Below, piece after piece: positions 1 through 10,166 of a DNA stretch of 64,000 bases (its first letter is position 1; every line of letters begins with the position of its first letter). Both the position numbers and the translations under genes were made by a program. The notes under the pieces were generated by a model. It was not told the origin of the DNA and ran no database searches. It saw nothing but the letters and a program-made list of their open reading frames with translations. Origin of the DNA: Anaeromyxobacter sp. (GTDB lineage: Bacteria > Myxococcota > Myxococcia > Myxococcales > Anaeromyxobacteraceae). Location: positions 160,001-224,000 of the forward strand of contig JASGJN010000004.1 in the NCBI GenBank assembly GCA_049840735.1. Reading direction: 5' to 3'.

Positions 1-2
1 TG

Positions 3-308
3 GCGCGCGAGGGGCGGACCTACAAGGTGCACGCCGGCGCGCTCTGCCGCCAGCCCGACGGGCTCGACTACACGCGGCTGCGGCTGGCGCTGGACCAGCC
101 CGCCAGCCTGGAGGGCGGCGCCGATCCGCGGGTGGTGATCCCCTTCGACGCCGCGGCCCAGCTGCAGGTCGAGCACGTCACCTGCCCCGCCGACGGGGTG
201 GAGGAGTGCGACACGAGCGACGACCCGGACGACGACGGCGACCCCGCCACGCGGCTGCGCTACGCCTTCCCGGAGGAGATCCCGGCGCAGATGGAGCCGG
301 AGGGGTAA
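3..308 (+). CDS. 3' end of a hypothetical protein (partial, runs in from the window edge)
   Basis: Open frame from the edge to TAA at 306-308 with strong GC3 codon bias; ends ...RLRYAFPEEIPAQMEPEG*. Confidence 0.7.
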   Translation, partial: AREGRTYKVHAGALCRQPDGLDYTRLRLALDQPASLEGGADPRVVIPFDAAAQLQVEHVTCPADGVEECDTSDDPDDDGDPATRLRYAFPEEIPAQMEPEG

Positions 309-339
309 GCCGCGTCAGGCCCCAGCCTCGGCGCGCGCG
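275..339 (+). repeat. Left copy of a decayed ~70-bp direct repeat bounding the accessory island
   Basis: GGAGATCCCGGCGCAGATGGAGCCGGAGGGGTAAGCCGCGTCAGGCCCCAGCCTCGGCGCGCGCG aligns by eye with 10340-10409. Confidence 0.7.
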
Positions 340-415
340 GTAACCGCCCGGCGAACGCCGTCTGGCGGGGCTGATCCAGTCGGTCGATGCTCCTCCGCTC
401 ACAACGGAGGACGAC

Positions 416-805
416 ATGACGGAGCAGGAGCGGACGCGTTGGACGAGGCTGGTCGCAGACTTCGAGGCAAGCGACCTCACGCAGCGGGAGTTCGCGACGG
501 AGCGCGGGGTCTCGTTCAGCAACCTGCGCAACTGGCTGTACAAGCTTCGCAAGGAGTCCCGGCCCCTGCAGCCGGAGCCGCCCAAGGTGCCTGGTCAAGC
601 CCCTGAGTCGGGCGCCCGCGCCGACGGGCTCGCGTCTGGTGCCGGTCCGTGTGGTAGCGTCCGCGGCGAAGCCGCGGACCTCGGTGGTGGCGGGTGAGCC
701 GGGGGCGAGATGGTCCGAGATCGCGCTCCTCTCCGGCGTCCGGGTGCGCTTCCCCCCGTCGGCACCGATCCCAGGTACGTGCGCTCGCTGGCGGCGGCGC
801 TGTAG
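416..805 (+). CDS. tnpA: IS66 accessory protein TnpA (frameshifted in this sequence)
   Basis: MTEQERTRWTRLVADFEASDLTQREFATERGVSFSNLRNWLYKLR HTH; the C-terminal ...GTDPRYVRSLAAAL* lies in another frame. Confidence 0.8.
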
Positions 806-808
806 GCC

Positions 809-1214
809 GTGATCGGGATCCCGCAGTCGGTCCGCATCCTGATCGGCACCACGCCCATCGACATGCGGAAGTCGATCGACGGCCTCACCGCCATCGTGCA
901 GCAGGAGATGAAGGAGGATGCCTACTCGGGCCACCTCTTCATCTTTGTGTCGCGGCGGCGCGACCGGGTGAAGATCCTGGCGTGGGACAAGGGGCGGCTT
1001 CGTGCTCGTCTACAAGCGACTGGAGCGCGGCCAGTTCAAGCTGCCGCACATGGACCCGTCCACGATGGCCGTCGAGATCGGACGCCACGCAGCTCGCGAT
1101 GCTGCTCGACGGGATCGACTTCGGCCGCGTCGGGCGCCCCAATCACTGGAAGCCCCCATCCCAGATTGGATCTTCCGGGTCGTCGTCCCATGGACAAGCC
1201 CCGCCGCGCCGTGA
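809..1214 (+). CDS. tnpB: IS66 accessory protein TnpB (frameshifted; 3' end approximate)
   Basis: PIDMRKSIDGL, SGHLFIFVSRRRDRVKILAWD, YKRLERGQF and QLAMLLDGID motifs. Confidence 0.9.
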
Positions 1215-1227
1215 TCTACCGTCGTCA

Positions 1228-2775
1228 GTGAGCGGCGACGATCATCACTGTGCGTGGCGCGAGCCGGGCGGAGGCCCTCGAGGGCGAGCTCGCCGCGCTT
1301 CGTGCCGAGCACGCCGAGACCGTCGAGCAGCTCGCCGCCGTCCAGGCCACCATCGAGTAAGGCTGCAGCGCCACGTCTTCGGGAAGCGGTCAGGAGAAGA
1401 TGCCGTCCGTCGCCAAGGCAATCCGCGATCCGGGCCCGCGCCGAGGCGGAGCGGCTCGCGGCGCTGCAGACCCGGCGCGAGAACGCGAAGAAGAAGCGCC
1501 AGCCTCGTCACCCGCACCCGTCGAGCACAAGGTGCCCGAGGAGAAGAAGGCCTGCCCGAAGTGCGGCGGCCGCGAGTTCACCACGCTCGGCGACGGCAGG
1601 GAGACGGTGATCTACGAGCTCGTCCCCGCCATGGTGGAGCGCCAGCTCTCACGTCCAGGAGAAGTGCCGACTGCCGGTGCGGGGAGACGATCATTCACGG
1701 CGGGAGGGGCCGGCCAAGGTCTTCGACAAGACGCGCTTCGGCCCCACCTTCATGGCCCAGGTCGCCGTCTCGAAGTGTACGCCGGACCTCGCTGCCGCTC
1801 TACCGGCAGGCGAAGGCGTACCGCCGCGTCGGCGTCCAGGTGGACGACTCGACGCTGGGCGATCTCTTTCCACCGAACCGCCGAGATCTTGAACCCGCTC
1901 TATTGAGCGGCTGCTGTAAGCTCGTCTCCGAGAAGCGGAGATCGTGCTCGCAGACGAGACGACCCAGCGCGTGCAGGCGAAGGGGAAGACGCGGACGGCC
2001 TGGCTGTGGAGCTTCATCGGCCGCGACGAGCTCGAGAGCGAGCTCATCGGGCCTACGTCTTCGCCAACAGCCGATCCGGCGAGACGGCCGGTGAAGGTGC
2101 TCGGGGAGACCGAAGGCAAGCTCGTCGCCGACGCGTACAGCTGGCTACAACAAGGTGAGCAAGCCGGGCCAGCGCGAGCGCGCGGGGTGCCTCGCCCACG
2201 TCCGGCGCTACTTCTTCGACGCGCAGTTCGGCGGCGCCCGAGGCGGCAAAGCAGGCGATTGCGACGCTTCATCCGCTGGATGTCTACCGGGTGGAGCGCG
2301 CCGCGGCTCGACGCCGATCTGCTCGGCACCCCCGAGCATCTCGAGATGCGCCAGACGAAGAGCAAGGCGATCATGGACGCCTTCCACGCCTGGCTGCTCA
2401 CCGAACAGGGCCGGCACCCTGCCCCGTGGCGCGATGGGCGAGGCCATTCAACTACACCCTCGGCCAGTGGGGACGAGCTCAACCTCTTCCTCACGGACCC
2501 GCACCTCCCCATCGACAACAATGCCTCCCGAGCGCGCCCTGCGGGTCGCCGCGCTCGGGCGCAAGAACTTCCTCTTCGTGGGCACGGATCACGCCGGCGA
2601 GAACCTGGCCGGCCTCTACTCGCTCATCGCCACCTGCGAGGTGAACGGCGTCCAACCCCGTCGGCTCTACCTCGCCGACGTGCTCCTCCGCGTCCAGACT
2701 CACCCGGCCTCGCAGATCGACGAGCTGCTCCCGCACCGCTGGAAGCCGCCCCCCGAAGCCCAGCCGTCGGCCTGA
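1228..2775 (+). CDS. tnpC: IS66 DDE transposase TnpC (many frameshifts)
   Basis: CPKCGG zinc finger, PLYRQ, LADETT, LVADAY, CLAHVRRYF, PIDNN, ERALRVAALGRKNFLF and SLIATC motifs spread across frames. Confidence 0.9.
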
Positions 2776-3064
2776 AGCTGGTCGGCGGCGAACACGAACA
2801 CCATCAAGGAGAGCCACGGGCCCGCGGTCGCGCGGGCTGCCTGGAGTGCTACGTCAAGACGTCCATGCCCGGGCGGTTACCGCGCGCGGGCCCCTCACTG
2901 CCGGCGGCTGGATGTGCTCACAAGGGACTCGCCACTCAGCCTCGAAGGCAATGACGAGACCTCCCGGAGCTCCAAGTGGTCGAAGTAGACAAGCGGCGGC
3001 CCCACCGAGACCTCAAACTAGCCGTTGCCGAGGCGCCGCAGCATGGTGGCCTATCCCTCCTCCG

Positions 3065-3193
3065 CTACCCCGCTTCAACTTCCCTCGGCACCTCGGCCAT
3101 CGGCACGGCCACCCACATCGACCCGCGCTCCGTCTCCAGCCGCAGGAAGCTGTACGGCGGCCCATCGACGTGCTCCATCACGGTGCCGGTGAC
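3065..3193 (-). pseudogene. Possible fragment of an OB-fold-like protein
   Basis: VTGTVMEHVDGPPYSFLRLETERGSMWVAVP resembles the G-x-V-x-E...Y-x-x-L...W-x-A-V-P pattern I recall from deltaproteobacterial OB-fold proteins; no clear start. Confidence 0.35.
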
Positions 3194-3245
3194 GGTTGGC
3201 GTTCGGGCCCGTGCGCGGCGGGGCGATGGCAGGAGGTACAGGGCG

Positions 3246-3704
3246 CTAGTGAGTTCCTGGCGTCGGACACTTCGCGGCTCGAAATAGGACGTCTCCCTGA
3301 ACGCAGCCCCGGCCAACAGGGTCATCAGTGAGTGAAGCTTCGACATCCGCACACCAAAGTCTATCCACTTTGCATTCGCCCCAGCGGTCGGCACTGTAGT
3401 CTCTTACGACTTCCACTTGGCAGCCATCGGCTCGCGGCACGATGAAATAGTCAACAATCACTGGGTCACCTTCAATCGTAAAATTCCTTTGCTCGCGATG
3501 AGCGGGGGCGCATTGGGCGAACGCCCCTCGCATGCACTCGTCATCTGAGCACTCACGGTATTGTCGTTCTCTCAAGAGTTGCACCACAAAAGTGCGGGCC
3601 GCAGCCCCGGCAGTTCCTGCCGGCGGCGCGCCGCTTCTCACGGTTCGGCATGCTCCCCCGCAAAGCAGCGCCGCAAGCAGCACAGTGACCCTTGATAGAC
3701 CCAT
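3246..3704 (-). CDS. Putative RHS immunity lipoprotein (Cys-rich)
   Basis: Starts 15 bp after the toxin stop with a GGAG RBS; signal peptide with lipobox-like LLCGGAC; FTIEGDPVIVDY motif; visibly lower GC than the backbone. Confidence 0.7.
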   Translation of the reverse strand: MGLSRVTVLLAALLCGGACRTVRSGAPPAGTAGAAARTFVVQLLRERQYRECSDDECMRGAFAQCAPAHREQRNFTIEGDPVIVDYFIVPRADGCQVEVVRDYSADRWGECKVDRLWCADVEASLTDDPVGRGCVQGDVLFRAAKCPTPGTH

Positions 3705-3719
3705 GCGCTCTCCCCGCCA

Positions 3720-4323
3720 TTACAGGCTGCAGGCACCGGGCGCGACCCCGCTCGGATGAGGGACTCCCTTCCCGCCATTGTGTTTCCAGCCGCAATTGTG
3801 CGCAAACTCATGAACCAAGACGTCCGCAGAGCAATTCGGCTTGACGCGATTGCACCAGGTCACCTTGCACGTCCCTGGGCCTCCTGCACAGGCGTTGACC
3901 CGCGCACTGCCGTCATCGCAACACGCCGGGTCCGGCTCCTCTGGACACCTGAGATGGGCATGCTCGTTTTGCTTCAGGATGCACTGCTTCAAGTTGACGT
4001 CCGTAACGGCGTCGGCCGCCATTATCACGTCGGTCTCCTTGGGCAGGCCGAGGCAGGCCCTGTCCTTCGTGAACAGGCCAAAGCGATCCGTGTACTTCAG
4101 CGGATTCCCACTCCCATAGCTGTACCAGTCCACCCCGTAGTCGGAATTGAACTCGCCATCGAGCGCAATCGGGTCCGGCTCCAGATACCTCCCCACGCCC
4201 GGCAGATACCACCTGTTCCAGTTGTAGTACGGTCCCTGAAGCCCCAGGCTCCCGAGCAGCCGCTCGTCGTACTGCCCGGGCAGACGCAGGTTCGTCACGA
4301 CCGCGCCAGCGGAGGGCGTGTCC
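3720..4323 (-). pseudogene. rhs: RHS repeat-associated core end plus C-terminal metallopeptidase-like toxin, 5' truncated by the transposon
   Basis: TNLRLPGQY, YYNWNRWYLPGVGRYLEPDP and YSYGSGNPLKYTDRFGL mark the RHS core terminus; the toxin carries HEFAHNCGWKH. Confidence 0.9.
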
Positions 4324-4368
4324 TGTGCCGCGCCGCCGGAGTCAGCCGTTTGATCCGGCCTCAATCAC

Positions 4369-5778
4369 CTAGCATCCGCCTCCCCGTTCGCAGCGCAGGT
4401 AGCCGCGCTTCGTCAGCGCCCACTCGATGGCGAGGCGCTCGGCCATCGCCGCGGTCGCGCCGCGGCCTTCCACCTGCCGCCTGATCCGGGCGGCGCGGTC
4501 CTGCACCTCCTCGCGCAGCGCGTCCCGGTCCTCGTGCAGCTCCGGGCGCGCCTGCCAGGCCTCCTCGCTCGTGCGCCAGCCCAGGTTATGCCTTGGCCAG
4601 GCGCCGTTCAATGCCAGCAGCATCTCCTCCGCACAGCCTTTCGAGGTCGCCTTCCGGGATTGCGCCGTCCTTTTGCAAAAGAGCCATTCGCGGTGCTCCC
4701 GGTTCTGCCGCTCGAGCTGGCCGTAGTAGCCCGGGTGGCCGCGGCGGGCCCTGCAGCAGCAGGACCTTGTGGCGCCGCAGCACGTCCATCACCTCGCCTG
4801 TCCTGTGGCACTTGGCCCGGTCAGCCCGTAGCACCAGCGGCGCCCCGTGGGCGGCGAAGTCCTGCTCCAGGGTGTCAGCCACGGCGTGGCCGTCGTAGGC
4901 CGGCACCACCGCGGCGGTGGTGCGGTACGGCAGGGCGGCGTCGGCCGCCACCAGGGGCGAAGCGGCGCCCGGCGGTGGTGGCGAGGTGCATGGCGTCGAA
5001 GCCGCGGACGGCGCCAGCGGCGGTGACCTCCACGGTGGCGCTGGCAGCCTTGCGCTCCCGCTCCATCGCGGTCAGCGTCTCGTGCTTCACGGCCGCCGCC
5101 TGGCGCCGGGATACGCCCCGGCACGGCGTGCCGGATGGCCTCGGCGCCGACCAGGCCGCGGAGGCTGCGGACAACGGCGGCGACCTCGGCCTTGAGATCG
5201 AGGCGGATCGGCGCGGCCGCCGGAGCGGGCGGCTCTCCCGCTGCCAGTTGCTTGCGCCAGCGCGCCACCGTGGCCGGACTCGCGTCCACCAGCGCGCACG
5301 ACAGCGCCGCCGGCATCCCGGCCTCCCTCAGCGTCCGCTCGGCCTCGAGCCTCATCAGGATCTCCGCACCGTCGGGCTCATCGCCCTCACCGCCACCGCC
5401 CGGGCGGCTCTTCCTGGGCCGCGAGGTCCGCACCCGGGTATGCACCACCTGGCTCATCGCTCCGGAAGATCCGGTCGATCATCTCCGCCCGGGTCTGGAG
5501 CTTCCGGTTCTCCCGCCGCAGCTCCTCCAGCTGGCGCTCCAGCTCCGCCTCCCGCTCCGGCTTCGGCTGGCGCCCCGGAGCGCTCGGGGTCACTCCCTCC
5601 ACCATCCCCTTGAGCCCCCTTGTGCAAGAGCGTCTGGAAGTGGTTCCGCGGACAGGCCCAGCTTCCGGGCTCCCTCGCTCACCGACAGCTCCCCCGACAT
5701 CACCGACAGCATCGTCCCCAGGCGCTCCTGCAGCTCCGGCGGCACCTCGGGCGCGGGCTCGTAGGTCTTCTTCGGCAT
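4369..5778 (-). CDS. Second DDE transposase/integrase (HTH, coiled coil, rve-like core; frameshifted)
   Basis: MPKKTYEP start with AGGAG RBS; HTH LSVSEGARKLGLSR; GFDAMHL, VLRADRAKCH and GQLERQNREH give a DD35E triad after a one-base correction; stop lies inside the left IR. Confidence 0.75.
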
Positions 5779-5841
5779 GGGCGCGCTCCTCGGACCCAGC
5801 GTCACACGCCGCGATCTCGCCCGCGAGTTTCCGATCCCACC

Positions 5842-6352
5842 TCAGGGCGCGACCGCGCCACCCGTCCTCGGGGTCGAAGCCTGGCCGGCCTCCCCCTTCT
5901 TCGTCACCGAGCCGCTCGAAGGCTTCGCGCCATCCTTCGTCGAGCTGGGCCGGCCCAGACCCGGCAACGTCACGCGCCCCTTCCCCAGCAGCTTCCGCGT
6001 CATCAGCAGGAGCCGCTCCCGCTCGCCGCTTCTCCTGCTCCAGGCGCTGCACCTTCGTCTCCAGCTCCGCGATCTTCCGGTCCTGGCTCGGCGGCCGCCC
6101 CGGCTTCGTCGCCGGCGTCGGCGACAGCGCCTCCAGCATCGCGTTCGAGCGCCCAGCTCCTCCAGCTGGTAGTACCGGCCCCGCGACAGCTTCGCCTCCG
6201 CGATCGCGTCCGTCACCGGCGCGCTCCCCCGACAGCACCGACAGGACCAGCAGGCAGCGCCGCCTGGCCATCTCGTCCAGCTCCTGCCGCGTCTTCAGCC
6301 ACCTGGGCACGGGTCGCGGCCGGTGCCGCCTCGATCGCCTCGTCTCGCTCAT
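5842..6352 (-). CDS. HTH plus coiled-coil accessory protein (OrfA-like; frameshifted)
   Basis: LSVLSGERxVTDAIAEAKLSRGRYYQL then KIAELETKVQRLEQEKRR; GGAGG RBS. Confidence 0.7.
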
Positions 6353-7535
6353 GGACGCCCTCCTCCTTCAACGGGATGGTCTGCTCCTCGCCGCCCACGT
6401 TCACCCGCAGCCCCTCTGCGCTCGCCGCGATCGAGAGGTCCCGATCGCCCAGCCGGCCCACCAGGTAGAAGGGCTTTAGTGGCGGCTTCTCCTTTGCCAG
6501 CCGCAGCGCGTTGGCCTGCACGCTCCGCTCCACCGCGGCACGCACCTGCGGTGCCGCCTGGAAGAAGCGATCCGCCGGCACCAACCCCGCCAGCGCCTGG
6601 TGCGGCCGCCTGGAAGTTGTACCCGTCGATGAAGAGCCCGATCCGCCGCGCGCAGTCGGCGAAGTCCGAGAAGACCGTCCGGGACAACAGCTCGTCCCAT
6701 AGCGTCTTCCAGAACCGCTCGACCTTGCCCAGCGTCTGCGGGTGCTGCGGCCGGCTCTTCACGTGCCGGATCCCCCTGCCGCCGCAGCTCCCCCTCGAAC
6801 TCCGTCGTCCCGCGCCACGCCGTGTACTGCCGGCCCTGGTCCGTGAGGATCTCCCCGCGGCGCGCCCGTACACGCCGCGATCCCGCGGTTCCAGCGCCTC
6901 CATCACCAGCCCCGACCGCTGGTGGTGCGCGATCGCGTGCGACACCAGGAACCGCGAGTGGTCGTCCATGAACGCGGCCATGTACAGCCGCTCGTGCCGC
7001 CGCAGCAGGAACGTGAAGATGTCCGATCTGCCACAGTTCGTTCGGCTGCGCCCGCTCGAAGCGGCGCTCCGGGTGATCCCTCGGCCCCGCCGGCTCCTTC
7101 TCCTCGATCAGCCCTTCCTCGTGCAGGATCCGCCGAACCTCGTGCTCCGACACGCCCAGCGACTGGAACCGCCCCAGCAGCTGCGAGATTCGCCGCGTCC
7201 CGAACTCCGGGTGCTCACCGCGAAGCTCCGTCACCGCCACCCGCTTCGGGTCCTCGGGATTGCTCGTCTTGCCCGGCCGGCCCAGGTTCGGCTTTGGATC
7301 CAGCCCGGCCATCCCATCGGCCTTGAACCGCTCCACCCAGGTACGCAGGGTCGTGAGCGACAACCCGTACAGCCCGGGCCACGTGCGTGATGGGCACCTG
7401 CTTGTCCACCACCTGCCGCACCGCCCGCAACCGGAACGCCAACGGGTGGATCCTCGGGTTCCCCGCCGAGCCGCTCCGCCGCACCCCACCGCGTCCGTTC
7501 CCGGACCCGACCTTGTCCTTCGTTCGCTTGCTCAT
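6213..7535 (-). CDS. IS481-family transposase (frameshifted; 3' end approximate)
   Basis: N-terminal HTH (TLRTWVERFKADGMAGL), RRFERAQPNELWQxD, FMDDHSRF, ILTDQGRQY, HPQTLGKVERFWKTL and YNFQRPHQAL. Confidence 0.9.
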
Positions 7536-7633
7536 CCGTCGCTCCTTCTCGGCCGCTGCGTCAGCGTCCGAGGGCGACGGGTGCTAGGTCATCAAATGGG
7601 GGAGCAAACGCTCATCCGGTGGCGCGCGGCACA

Positions 7634-10166
7634 CCGATCGACGCGCCGCTGGGCTGGTAGACGACCAGGGTGGCGCCGTAGTTGGTGAAGCCCGAGGCCA
7701 AGGTAGCGCGGAGCGTGAAGCGCTGCCCAGCCGTGCCGCTGAACGTGTAGCGACCGGCCTGGCCTGGACGCGAGGTCTCAAAGCGGGTCACGGCGCCGGT
7801 CGTGGCGAGCGTTCCCGTCAGCCCGGTGGAGAGCATCACGGAGAGGGAGGTGGCCGAGGTGCCCGGCGGATTGACCACCAGCGTGTAGGTGCCGGTCGTC
7901 GGGAGCTGGCCTGGCTGCCAGCTCGTCGCAGTCGCGACGAGCGAGCTGCTCCAGAGCGAGGTCCCATCTGGCTTCAGGATGGAGAGGTTGGTGGTGCCTC
8001 CCGGCGTGGTGGTCACCGACGTCACCGCGAGGCCGAGCCAGTCGCCAGCGTTGCCGCTGAAGGTGTAGCGGCCGTTCTGGGCGGCGGAGAGGGTCACGCC
8101 CTGGGCTGGGCTTCCGATCGAGAGCGTGCCCGCGGCGCCTTCAATGAGCGTCAGGTCGATTGCGCCGGTCTTGATCCCGCTGGGCACCACCGAGACCGTG
8201 TAGGTGCCGGTCACTGGCAGCGCGCCCAGGTCCAGCTTCTGGTCCGTGGAGGTCGAGAACGTGGTGCTGGCGATGGTGGCGCCGCTGGGCTGGTAGACGA
8301 TGACGGTCGCGCCGGAGGTGGTGAAGCCCGAGGCCATGGTGGCGCGGAGCGTGAAACGCTGTCCCGCCGAGCCGGTGAACGTGTACCGGCCGCTCTGTCC
8401 AGGCCGCGCGGGTCTCGAACCTGGTCACGACGCCGCTGGCGAGGCCTCCCGCGAGCGCCTTGGAGACGAGGATCTCCGTCGACACCATCACGGCGGCGCT
8501 GGGCTGCGCCACGAGCGTGTAGGTTCCCGAGGACGGCAGCGCAGGCAGCTGCCAGCTGTTGACTGCGTTGGCCGTGGCGCTCCAGACGGTCGCGCCGCCG
8601 GGCGCGAGCACCTTCAGGGAGGTCGAGCCTGCCGGGGAGGCCGCGTAGCTGGTCAGCGCCAGGCCCAGCAGGTCACCGGCGCTCCCGGCGAACATGAACC
8701 GGCCCTGCTGGCCGACCGTGGCGTTCGAGAATGGGGTGGAGTCCCCGTCGACGATCAGCATCCCGACGTCGGGGGTCGACAGCAGGCAGGTGACCGTGCC
8801 GCTCGCGACGCCCGACGGCGTGAGCGCCAACCGGTAGCTCCCGGCCGCGGCGAGCGCAGGGAGCTGCGCGCTGGTCGGGCCGGAGAAGGTGCTGCTCCAC
8901 AGGTTCGTCCCGGTGGGCCCGTAGAGCCTCACGCCGAGGGTGCTGCCGGCCGGGGCCAGCGAGAGCGCGCTGCACCCCAGGCCCAGGAGATCGCCGGCCG
9001 CTCCGCTGAAGGTGAAGTGGCCATTCTGTCCCGGCGCGAACGACAGGGTGGCTGGTGCCTGGCCCTGGGTGAGGGCGGCCACCGCGTTGGAGAGGCGCTG
9101 CACGGCGGCGGAGCCCGTGGCATTCGCGCCGGGCTCGAGCACCACCATGTAGCCTCCCGTGGTCGGAAGCGCCGGGAGCGTGTGCTTCGTCGAGGCGGAG
9201 GGCGTGATTGTCCCGGAGTAGATGACGTCGCCTGCCGGGGCGAAGACCTTCAGCGAGGTCGAGCCCGGGTAGGTCACGTTGCCCACGAAGAGGGTCACGA
9301 ACTCGCCAGCGGTCCCGTCGAAGGCCAGGAACGCGACTCGCTGCGCCGTGGTGGTCGTGGCGGTGACCGGCTGCGTACCGGAGAGGACCCCGGTGAACTC
9401 GACGTCCGCTGCCTCGTAGCCGCTGGGAAGCTTGAAGAACGTCCCTGCGCTCACGCCGGTGCCTCGCGCATTGGTGACCACGATCTGGCCCGTGGCGGCA
9501 TCGGTCGTGAGCTGGGCGTTGAGCGTGTTCTGGGATGCGGTCCGAACCGTGACCACGCCGGTCCCCACTCGGACGGTGTTGCCTGACGGCGTGCCGTCGA
9601 AGTTGAAGCCGGTGATGGTGATGGAGTCACCGCTGCGGCCGATCTTGGGCCAGAAGTCCGTCACCTGCACGTCGGTGATGACGGAGAACGCCGCGACGCT
9701 CGTGGCCACCTGTCCCTGCGAGGAAACGGAGATCGGTCCACTCGCCGCCCCTTCGGGCACCACAATGGTCAGGCTGGAGGAGGTGGCCGCGATCGGTGTG
9801 ATGTGGGAGCCACCCAGCGTGACAGTGTCCAGCGCGGGCGACGGCGAGAAGCCGGTCCCGTGGACGGTCACGACCTGCCCGATCCCGCCGGCGCGAGGGC
9901 TGGAAGTCCGAGACCGAGAGGGAAGCAGCGGACGAGGCGGTGATGGAAATGAGGTTTCCGGCTCCGTCGTACTCGTAGGCCACGGCTTCGCCGGACTCGG
10001 CGCTGCTGGCGGTCGCGGTAACCGGTGGAGCGGGCTGCCGGGGCGGCGCTGGGTCACGCCCACAGCCGCTGATCAGCGGAATTCCCGCGAGGAGGGTAAC
10101 CAGCAGCCCACCCGCGAACGCTCGCAACGCCGCCTCATTCGGCGGATTCGATGGTCTTGCGGCCAC
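7634..10166 (-). pseudogene. Large lipoprotein with a YD repeat, IPT/TIG domains and tandem beta-sandwich repeats; 3' truncated by the transposon
   Basis: Lipobox LISGC; AYEYDGAGNLISIT; TIG-like GQVVTVHGTGF and GDSITITGFNF; repeated F(S/A)GxAGDxLGL...LPxxGTYTL units; frameshifts near 9897 and 8405; cut at the ACA end of the element. Confidence 0.8.

Larger units (their letters stand above)
340..2880 (+). mobile_element. IS66-family insertion sequence, full length
   Basis: Terminal inverted repeats start GTAACCGCCCGG at both ends; 8-bp target duplication CGCGCGCG at 332-339 and 2881-2888; tnpA-tnpB-tnpC order. Confidence 0.95.
4324..7633 (-). mobile_element. IS481-like element with TGT...ACA ends carrying two DDE transposases and an HTH protein
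   Basis: Imperfect ~55-bp terminal IRs: TGTGCCGCGCCGCCGGAGTCAGCCGTTTGATCC...ACCTAGCATCCG versus the reverse complement of the right end TGTGCCGCGCGCCACCGGATGAGCGTTTGCTCC...ACCTAGCACCCG; three co-oriented genes fill the interval. Confidence 0.85.

Noticed and set aside
4324..4364. Start codon for a 214-aa stand-alone RHS protein
   Set aside because: The first codons lie inside the transposon IR, so the RHS gene is truncated; expression from this start cannot be supported.
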